DNA from: Pseudogymnoascus verrucosus | Taxonomy: Eukaryota | Reading direction: 5' to 3' (one strand) | NCBI GenBank assembly: GCA_001662655.1 | Contig: KV460220.1 | Length of the DNA stretch: 20,000 nucleotides | In this document: positions 11,215-20,000 of the stretch, in pieces | Layout: the number at the start of each line of letters is the position of its first letter | Numbering within the stretch: the stretch's first letter is position 1 | Translations under genes and position numbers: made by a program | Notes under the pieces: model-generated | The model's input: only the letters and a program-made list of their open reading frames with translations | What the model was told of the DNA's origin: nothing | The model's database searches: none

Positions 11215-14200
11215 CTATTGTTCTGCCGCACCATGTGCAAGAAGGAGATCCATGATGTCATCCTCATAACAATTCTGTGCAGCCTTTAGGGCGCTCCCAT
11301 ACTTACCTCCTTTAGCATTGACGTCAGCCCCATGTTCTAAAAGGAGCTTGACTACTTCTTCTGAACCGTATGGTGATGGTGATGCTGCTGCCTGTAAGGC
11401 AGTGCCATAGAATCCGCCTTGGGCGTTGACATTAGCCCCATGATCTAGAAGCAGCTTGACAATGTCTTCTGACCCCGTTGTTGCTGCTGCTTGTAAAGCA
11501 CTTCCAAGGTGTCCACCTTCAGCGTTAATATCCGCTCCATGTTCTAGCATGAGCTTGATAATGTCCACCAATCCTCCTGAAGCTGCTCCTTGTAAGGCAT
11601 TGCCGTACTCTCCGCCTTTAGCGTTGACGTCGGCCCCCTTTTCTAGTAGCAGCTTGACTATTTCTACAGAGGCCCAATATGATGATGCTGCAGCTTGTAA
11701 GGCAGTGCCATACTTTCCACCTTGAGCATTAACGTCAGCCCCATGCTCTAGAAAAAGTTTGACTAATTTCTCTGATCCATCCCTTGCTGCTGCTTGTAAG
11801 GCATTGCCATACAGCCCGCCTTGACACTTAACGTCCGCACCCCGTTGTAGAAGTAGCTTGGCTACCCCTTCTTGTCTACAGGCTGCTGCTGCTTGTAGAG
11901 CAGTGTCAAATTTTCCACCTTGCGCGTTAACATTAGCACCCAGCTCTATGAGTAGCTTTACTATTCCTTTATTTCCAGAAGATGCTGCCCCCTGTAAGGC
12001 GTTGCCATACATTCCACCTTGAGCATTAACATCTGCGCCTAGCTTTAGAAGGAGTTTCACCATTTCTTCTGATCCGCTTTGTCTTCCCATTGCTGCTCCT
12101 TCCAATGCATTGCCATAGCCTCCATCTTGGGCGTTGACGTCAGCCCCATATTCTAGGAGAAGCCTAACTATTTCTTCCCTCCCCCTACACGCTGCTGCTT
12201 GTAAGGCATTTCCATGATATCCACCTTGACCGTTGACATTAGCCCCAAGTTCTAGGAGCAGCCTTATTACTTTTTCTGAGCTAGAACATGCTGCAGCATG
12301 TAAGGCAGTTTCACCATATCTACCTTGGGCGTTGATGTCAGCCCCCTGTGATATAAGAAGCTCCACTATTTCTTCTGAGTTTCCATGTAACGCAGCTAGA
12401 AGGGCAGTGTGATAATGTCCACCTTGAGCGTTAACATCAGCCCCATGTTCTAAAAGGAGCATGACTATCTCTTCTTGTTGGCCTAATGATGCTGCTGCTT
12501 GCAGGGCGTTGCCAAAATACCCACCTTGCGCATTAACATCTGCTCCCCGTTGTATAAGCAGCTTGATTATTTTATCTCCGCCATGATATGCTGCAGCTTG
12601 AAGTGGGCTACCAAAAGAACCTGGCGCTTTGATTAGTTGACAGTTGATCTGAGCGTCAAGTTGCTTAGTATCCAATTCTTTCAAGTAGAATGACAAAACC
12701 CGTTGATATCTATTTGCAGAGATGTAATACACAGGATTTGCTGAATAAGGATCCGGATTGATCGATGGATGGTAAGAATACGTCAATCCGATGTGACACA
12801 TCCGTATCATGCTAAGGAAGCTGTCCGTGTTTGGTTTAAGGGCAAGAAGCACCTTCTCCTTTAACGGAAGCGTCCAAAGCTCCTCATCAAGATCTTCCAT
12901 ATGCTCCGCCCAGTATGAATTTGCGTACTTCCAGATAGGGAAAAGCTTCTGGTAGTTGTCTTTCGTTACGTCTTTAACTTGGCTAGCGTATAGATGGTAG
13001 CAAATACAGGACTCGGCCATAAAATGGTTTGCTTCATCTTTGTGCAACGCATATCTTGAGACTTCTTCTATTGGATTTAGTCTTAGATTAGTTGAAAAGA
13101 GAAACTCCTGGACCGAAAAATGCGAGAACTTAATCCACAGCCTATATCCAACATTGCCGCGTCGGACTTGCTCTTCCTCACGAAGCAAGCCGGGTAGCAA
13201 CTTCAGCAATCCTTTTGGTTTTTCAAGCCCTTTCATTCTTTTTCGTGGATCAAATGGAGATTCTGCCCTTGGGTCAATGACTGCTGCTTCGGCGAGCATT
13301 TTGGGACTTAATGGTTCCTTAGACATTGCGATCCATAGAAGAATTCGATAGACTATTGGATAATACCGAGAGTCAATACTCTTGAGCATACGGATATACG
13401 TCTCGTCAAGACCTTGTGGCAAATTTGCCAGGAGTTTAGGTATATCTTCCCCTAGACTATTTTCTATCTCGATAAGCTGAAGGGCTACATATTGAAACCT
13501 GAACTTAAATTAGTGTTCTGTAACAACTATAGAAACATTTCATATACGTACATGCCATCGGCCTTCTCAAGCAACAAACTCCTTGCGAGTGTCTTTGTGT
13601 CATCCGACATGTTGTCAAATTCGGGAGAATCGAGCTTCTGCTGCAAATAGATATCCATATCGTGGTTCACTGCGTCACGAAATTCAAACAGATCGATCTT
13701 CTCTTCTGAAGCAAGAGGCATTCTATCCAAGGCAGCCTCGATATCTGGCTCTTTCCGGCTCGTAACAAGAATATGCACGTTAGGGGGTGAACATTTTTGA
13801 AGCTTGACCAAACTTTTCATCAAAGTCGCTCTCGTACTTTTCGACGTTGTACACTCATCTAAGGCGTCGATAATTAAGTAGACGGCGTTAAATCCCTCGA
13901 CTGCGTTCCATAGTGCACCCTCAAGATGCTCTAGCGTAGGACGAGCCCCTTTATCTCGGAAAGTAGACCCTAGGTTATTCAGCCAGGCTGGGCTGTCTGG
14001 TCTTGCTCCACACAGCTGTCTTATCATTGAGCTGAGCATTCTAGATGCGTCTTGTTCCGGCTGCTCAGTGAAGCTGAAGTAGTAGTAAGCAAGCGCTTTA
14101 TATGGCGAATTTTCACAGGAGCCTGTAAGGCTGTGAATCGCAGGGGCGCTACATGTATGGTCAGCTATATCGATTGTAAAAGCTAATAATACGATTGATA

Positions 14201-15733
14201 CATACCTTAAGTATGATTTTCCAGATCCAGCTAGGGTACCTGTTAATATTGTCTCATATATGGCAGGTATTCTCAGGACATACCTTTTCCATAAAGCCAA
14301 AGGAAAGAACTTTGTTTTTTCTTCCAATCATGGTAGCGGTTATTTTCAATTAACCAATCGCCAGTCGATTCCTCATGCCTGCTCCAGATGTCGTTGTATC
14401 TTGCAGAAAAATCTTCCGACGATAGCCATTGTAGGAGACCCAGCCGAAACTTGTCATTTTGTGCCTTTTCAGTGACCTCTCTTATGCGGCGAATCTCATT
14501 GGACATTGGATCAAGATAGTTCATATGTTCACTGTGGCGCTTTTTTTCCTTGTTCCACTGATCTTGTAACTTGAAATCTCTCCACTGCGTTTCGATTTCG
14601 CCCATGCGTTCTTTCTGGACGTCAATAGCTGTCGATAACTCATCCCAATCGGTCCAGATAGCCATATCACGTATGATTCTCCCTCCAGTGCGATACGAAA
14701 GATGGCAAAGGCAGGTAGCCTGAAACGTGAGAATTTTGACGTATAGTATCTTTAGTTCTTCCCGATAACTTATATGTACTGTCAAGTTTGCCTCCTTTCT
14801 TTCCGTGTTGTCATCGTAGCTATTCCGGTACAAAGCTTCTCTAATTGAGCATTGGCGTAGTAGAGCAGCAATGCCCTCAAGGCACTTTGCTCGTGCGGCT
14901 TCTTGCTCCCCAGGATTCAACACAAGCTATCCGTGTTAGTATGATTTCTTTTCTTAATATTCGGTGTACTGTAGCATGGAGTGGATGCGCCAGGAAACCA
15001 AAGGAACCTTACCGGCAACAAGAGACAAACACCAGCCCAAGCAACAGAAGAATAAGGCGAAGCCTGCGCTGCCTTACCGATATACTCTTTCGCCCAATCT
15101 ATCACTCCAACAACTGGCTCAATCAGGTCCTTTACAGCAAATTGATTGTTTTGAAACCCGATCTTCCACTGTCCACTTTCCAGTTCGTCAATCTTCTTTT
15201 CTAGTAGTACTTTCATCATCTGGGCCCTCTCACACTTTTCGAAGCTTGGAAGCCCCACAGAAGATGAGGAAGCGGTGAGTCTCTTTTCGTAATCCTCGAA
15301 TAGGGCGGTATTCTTCCGAAGTTCATCCCATGCTTCGTTCCATAGCTCAGAAATCGGAGCCTCGGTTGCGGTAGCGAACGTATCCAATCCCGAGTTTGGG
15401 TTAGGTGTGGTGACAGGCACCGCGGATGACGAACCTGGAGCTGCATTTCCTGGGAAACATCTAGTAAGTACCAGTTGACAGTTTCTCATAGCTCTGTCGC
15501 TGAGCTCCACCCTACCCAGTAAACCCATTACAGCCCCGCGGTGTTGGAAACTCACCTGTGAGTGTGGTCACACTATTGGACGCAGATGCCGAACCATTTG
15601 TCGGGTTCTTATTCTTGGAAATTAAACTTCGGAAACGAAAACGGTCTTTCGTAGCCACATTTGGTGTTGGAGGTTGAGGATTATTCTCAGCGCCCCGGCC
15701 CGTTATTGTGGGGCTAGTCTTGGAGCCAGCCAT
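11215..15733 (-). CDS. Fungal NLR-like STAND protein (NWD/NACHT_N-type helical N-terminus, NACHT NTPase, winged helix, ankyrin repeats), 1387 aa. Exons 15733-15556, 15449-15013, 14926-14284, 14230-14206, 14148-13552, 13498-11215.
   Basis: Five GT..AG introns give one continuous 4164-nt frame. Motifs: ELWNEAWDEL and SPYSSVAWAGVCLLLP (NACHT N-terminal domain), Walker A WLYGKAGSGKS, Walker B YLIIDALDEC, ILVTSR, ADGMFQYVALQL, LPQGLDETYIRML, FSHFSVQEFL, then the ankyrin array. Confidence 0.93.
11218..12615 (-). repeat. Array of 14 ankyrin repeats (~99-108 bp units)
   Basis: Consensus GxYGNALQAAAxxGxEEIVKLLLEHGADVNAQG, counted directly from the translation. Confidence 0.95.
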
Positions 15734-15902
15734 TGCTCTGAAATCTAATAAAAACCAATGCCGTGGTAGTAGCTAGTTTACCTCTGTTAGGTTTAAGATA
15801 ATGAGGTTTACGGTTCAGTAGAGGATCCCCCCCGTCTCCAAGAAACCCATATCGGACCGCGGGGTAATCCTTCGACATAAAAGCCCAAAAATAAACTGTG
15901 GC

Positions 15903-15914
15903 TATTGGCCAATA
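15903..15914. promoter_or_regulatory. Palindromic double CCAAT box (TATTGGCCAATA) in the NLR/CorA-like intergenic region
   Basis: Perfect 12-bp palindrome with CCAAT on both strands, 170 bp upstream of the NLR ATG. Confidence 0.35.
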
Positions 15915-16669
15915 AGAAGAGTCTTACAATATACCATAGTGACATGTAACTTCCATCAACCACCAACTCCACAAATACCAGCACCGCGCGAGTGTCGATC
16001 TTTTAGATCTCCGCTGGTGGAAACACAAGTGTACAATTTATCCGGATTGGAATGGGGGTTCCATCTCGGATTTTAGTTGACGGTTCTCGCACGAGCTGTC
16101 ACATCCAGTATGTTCGAACTGGCGCTGTATTGCCGGTGGTACCCCGCGGAGATACCACAAGCAAGGGCAGTTCGAGCATAATATGCTCGATGGAAAAATC
16201 GCATGCCCAAAAAGCACGTCGAGTGTAATATTTATGATGATTGGACAGGTTGTGTAACAGGAACAGGGCGAATAACCCAAACCCTTGTGTTTAGTTTATT
16301 GCACTCCACATGTTAAGCGCCCGAACCATGTTCGGTGTTTTTTGACAAACAAATAAGAAAGGAATAATACGTGGGGGGGTGTTGCCTATTGTAGCCTCCT
16401 GGGGTGTTGTGCATGTGCATAACAGCCGCACGACTTTCCCGCTCGCTCCTAGCTTTGAAATATATATATGTGTCGTCTCCTAAGATTACCCACAGGTCAA
16501 TTCTAGTGTTGCAAGTGTGCAAAAGGATACATTACGCACCTTTGTCAGCTTCCAGATCTCAAGTTAGAGAGAAACCACTACCGCCAAGGCTAGCCTCGTC
16601 CTTGAAGAGTCATCTACTTGCTCCTCCTTCGATTACTTGGATACCAAATCCGAATCATCGCAGTGAGCG

Positions 16670-19616
16670 ATGGAACCTGGCGAATTGGAGAAGCATACTA
16701 CGAATGAGGACCTGTTGGGTGGTATCTTGGCTACCCTCAAGCCTGTCGAACTTCTCTTGTCTCAGCAGAACCACCCCCGCCCTTCTGGTCTATCCGAGGA
16801 CAGCGCCCACGATTCCGGAGATGCAGAAAGACACAGTGACAGAGAAGATGATAAGAACGAAGGGCAAAGCGGCAATGAGCAAGAAGGCGAGGGTGGAGTA
16901 AACGAGGAAAATCAAGAAGACGAGAAGGAAGCAGACGATGCGAATCAAGCAGACGAGAATGAAGCAGAAAACGAGAACCAACAACATGACGACGAAGCAG
17001 AAGAGTGGACTTCTTGGGGAAGAAAGGGCGATGTAGAAAGTGTGGCGGAGCCTGCCATGTCTAATATCGCAAATATGCCCGAATTTGGGGAGGTTATTGG
17101 ATTTGGCGACAGAATACCGCATAACCCAACTTACCCCTTGCTATTTAGCCAGGCCTTCCTGGAGGGATTTGAACCAGACGAGGTAAAACGTAGAATAGGG
17201 GTTATTGCGAAATATTTAGAAACAGTATCACAGTTGGACGGTTTGGTGAAGCTTGATATTATTGATTTCCCAATAGTGGACGAGTTGTACAACACACGTT
17301 CCGGTACAATACGTAAGTCATTAGTCGCCATCAACGATTATCCTACTAATCAAATGAAGTTAACAATAATCTTCATCCTAAATATGAAGGACAAAAATGC
17401 CCTATACAATATTCTATGGCATGGTTTTGGGTTAACGAATCTACAAAATATCACAGGATACTGTCTGAATATTACCCTACTTTAAGATCTCACCACTGAC
17501 TTTGTGTAGCCGGTTGGAAGGAGCCTCTGAAGTGGCTAAGAAGATTAAGTCCACGTTTGCTCACGAGATTTGCCCTTTAATTTTTTCACGCCCGAATATT
17601 TGGAGTTACCATCTTATCGACGTAGTTGATCTCCATATTGAATGTGCAGAACGGCGCAGAAGTATTAAACGTGTTGTTGTCTTGGGCGGATATATATTTC
17701 ACACGACGTTTTTCCAACTATGCCAGTCGCATACTGAGTCAGATTCCTGGTCTACTGGTCGTATATATTCTATTAGCGATTTTGGTGGGAAACTGTTCAG
17801 GAAAGCATGCATTACAGTGAGATGAAAGCAAAATAACATATCCCATGAAGCCGTGGCTTCATGGGATATGTTATTTTGCTTTCATCTTACAAGACAATCT
17901 AACTCTGTTAATTAGATTCATTTTTCTCGAGAAACTCGACAGACAGGAGGCAGATGGACTATAACTATATTAGCACCATCAAATTTCTATGGTAGTGGCG
18001 ATCATATTCAATATTTGCGCTTTCCTGCCGTATACGGTAGCCATGTGATAGATACAATGATGGAGGTGATCACCACAGCCGTCAACATCATTGTTGATCA
18101 TTGGCAGAAACTCTACGATGAAGTTCAAAAAGAATGTGATGGCGAAAACATCAGTTTTATGGATGGCGAAAAATATGTGCATCTGCTATACGACGACAGC
18201 AATTTTCGGAGATCTAGATTCTACTTCTGGGCTATTGGATGTTTGAGTTCATTTGAGCAAAGCGTAGCAGAGACGTTGTGGGAACTATCGATGTTTCGAA
18301 CAGAAGCTCGCGAGAAGGTCGAGCGTCGTAGGGGGGTGATCGCTAGAAGTGAAAAAGTCGAAGCAACCTATCAGCAAGCGATAGATGATTTCGATCAAGC
18401 CTACAAGAATCTTGATGGCATTCGTGATCAGCTAGTGAAGAAGCGGGACGAGATGAAAGTATTGCGAGATGGGGTATGTCTCCAAATAAGTAATTCTCTT
18501 GAGACTCGGGCGACTCAAAAGTCCTTCTGGGGTAGGGATTGTGCCGCGCAACCGATCAAATCCTAGAGTGTATAATTTTAGAAATTATACTATCTACCCA
18601 GCAAACCCCTATGGAATTTTTTGGGCCGGACGAGTACCGCGATTCTCCAGCTAACTATTCTAGCTTTTTAGTGCAAGCGGCGTCATGGAAAGCCGGCAGT
18701 CTCGAATTCTTGGAGAGAACGTTCAGCTGCTGGCTTTCGTGACAATATTCTTTCTTCCCTTAGCTTTTAGCGCAGTAAGTGGCTCATTTTATCTTTTTAT
18801 ACAAATACTAAACAATCTAGTCACTGTGGAGCATACCTGGCGTTAATGAGAAATACCCTGGAATCGTGATACCAGGCGCATTTGCCGCTATCATCGGTTT
18901 CATCACCTATTTCATCGTATTCAATTTGAACCTACTCATATCAGGGCTTCGGCGCCTGTTTTCTGTCCCCCGCAGTATTCTACTGGCGAGGATGGCGAAT
19001 GAAAAGGATAATTCAAAATACGACTCAGAAGACAACCCACAAGGCGATCCAGAGGGTAGCTCAGTAAAAAACACGACGAGTGCACGGAGCTCAGTGAACA
19101 ACTCAACGAATGTACGCAACTCAGTGAGCAACTCGATGAGGGAAGTCGGATCAGTAAACAACTCAAGACATGAGGGCAGATCAGTGAACAACTCAATAAA
19201 TGAGGGCAGCTCAGTGAATAACTCAACAAATGAAGGTGGCTCAGTGAACAATTCTACGAGGGAGGGCAGCTCAGGGAATAACTCACGGATTGATGGCAAT
19301 GGAAAGAAGAAAATAATTGTGGTAAATGACAAATTATCTACAGATTGGCCAAAGAGGGCCAAGGCTTTTGAGGTATTCCCACGCCAAGATGAGGGACCTA
19401 GACCCTCAAACTGGCTGCTTCTTTTTTACGCCATTCGATTACTTGTTTTAAAAACCTTTGATCTTATCATTGGTTTTTTGGCATGGCTTCGGGAAGTTAT
19501 TGCATCTGACCCCTCAAACCAGGTAAGTAAGCTAAGAATAAAACAAGAAACATCTGATTAACAAGTCACAGGATCCCGATACTGAAATGGCAAACCGCCC
19601 TACACCCAGAAGGTAG
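16670..19616 (+). CDS. Atypical CorA-like membrane protein, ~822 aa. Exons 16670-17312, 17360-17462, 17510-17816, 17916-18473, 18664-18774, 18821-19522, 19572-19616.
   Basis: Six introns give a continuous frame. The donor at 17463 (gtctga) is weak, and the last intron is optional (unspliced stop at 19561). It has motifs typical of fungal CorA-like proteins: LLYDDSNFRRSRFYFW, a long helical stalk, RDGLFSASGVMESRQSRILGENVQLLAFVTIFFLPLAFSASLWSI (TM1) and AFAAIIGFITYFIVFNL (TM2). The N-terminus is acidic and low-complexity. Confidence 0.8.
17817..17890. repeat. Near-perfect palindrome within intron 3 of the CorA-like gene
   Basis: 17820-17852 (agatgaaagcaaaataacatatcccatgaagcc) is the exact reverse complement of 17855-17887, with a 2-nt spacer. 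The stem extends to 17817/17890 with one G-T pair. Confidence 0.97.
19052..19291 (+). repeat. 30-bp coding minisatellite, 8 copies, encoding EGSSVNNSTN-like decapeptides
   Basis: Units: EGSSVKNTTS ARSSVNNSTN VRNSVSNSMR EVGSVNNSRH EGRSVNNSIN EGSSVNNSTN EGGSVNNSTR EGSSGNNSRI. Confidence 0.95.
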
Positions 19617-19867
19617 AGTTTTCCGTTCGTATGGGACTCTTGTTTCAATTTGCGGGAGAATACTCGTGGGGCTTAAAGGCTGGTGGAAGTTATCGTGGGC
19701 AAAGGTCAACGAGGGGGTGATAAATCATTGTTATTTGAAATATTTACAACAGCTATCTGTCAATTAACGGCTTCTGATTACCTGGGGCTATGAGTATCAT
19801 ATCGTGACCCTTCTTGAGCTAGTTACTGAAATGATACTAAAAAAAAAAATTATATTACCTTAAACCT

Positions 19868-20000
19868 CAGTGTTGCCCGAGTACTACTCAGAGTACTACT
19901 CAGAGATCTTCGAGTAGAGTACTGTTTTTTGGGCTCGAGTAGAGTAGTACTCGAGTAGTACTCGAGTACTACGAGTACTACTCGAGTATAAAAATGAAAA
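19868..20000. mobile_element. Probable terminus of a TIR DNA transposon (hAT-like) with subterminal GAGTACTACTC / TACTCGAGTA repeats, running off the window
   Basis: Sequence switches abruptly at CAGTGTTGCCC into a dense cluster of direct and inverted gagtactactc/ctcgagta motifs. CAGTG starts and short subterminal repeats are common in hAT elements. The other end is not visible. Confidence 0.45.

Noticed and set aside
16038..16901. Short ORFs in the NLR/CorA-like intergenic region
   Set aside because: Non-ATG or weak starts and no domain signal; more likely promoter and UTR sequence.
18474..18663. Unusually long 190-nt intron 4 of the CorA-like gene
   Set aside because: Only short imperfect inverted matches were seen, with no convincing TIR/TSD, snoRNA boxes or nested intron.
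19052..19291. CRISPR-like appearance of the 30-bp periodic repeat
   Set aside because: Units are contiguous with no unique spacers, lie in frame within a eukaryotic exon, and there are no cas genes.
18907..19362. Antisense 151-aa ORF with ELFTELPS repeats, superficially LRR-like
   Set aside because: It is the reverse-strand reading of the 30-bp minisatellite, has a TTG start, and the plus strand is continuous with the CorA-like gene.

Overview
Eukaryotic DNA from a filamentous ascomycete, judged from short GT-AG introns with CTAAC/CTGAC branch sites. I reconstructed exon structures by hand and checked the reading phases. The first ~6 kb is GC-rich: a Skg3/CAF120-like tandem-PH-domain gene, then an O-fucosyltransferase-family gene that appears to have lost its 5' exons. 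The remaining ~14 kb is more AT-rich and looks like an accessory defence or interaction region. It holds a divergent pair of small secreted proteins (lysozyme/SLT-like and RlpA/DPBB loosenin-like), a small coiled-coil single-TM protein, and a second divergent pair. That second pair is a 1387-aa NLR (NWD-type N-terminus, NACHT, 14 ankyrin repeats) head-to-head with an ~822-aa atypical CorA-like membrane protein. The CorA-like protein lacks the GMN motif and has an 8x10-aa Asn/Ser repeat tail, and one of its introns is mostly a perfect 33-bp hairpin starting at the splice donor. The window ends in a probable DNA-transposon terminus. Family assignments come from motif recognition only; no searches were run.
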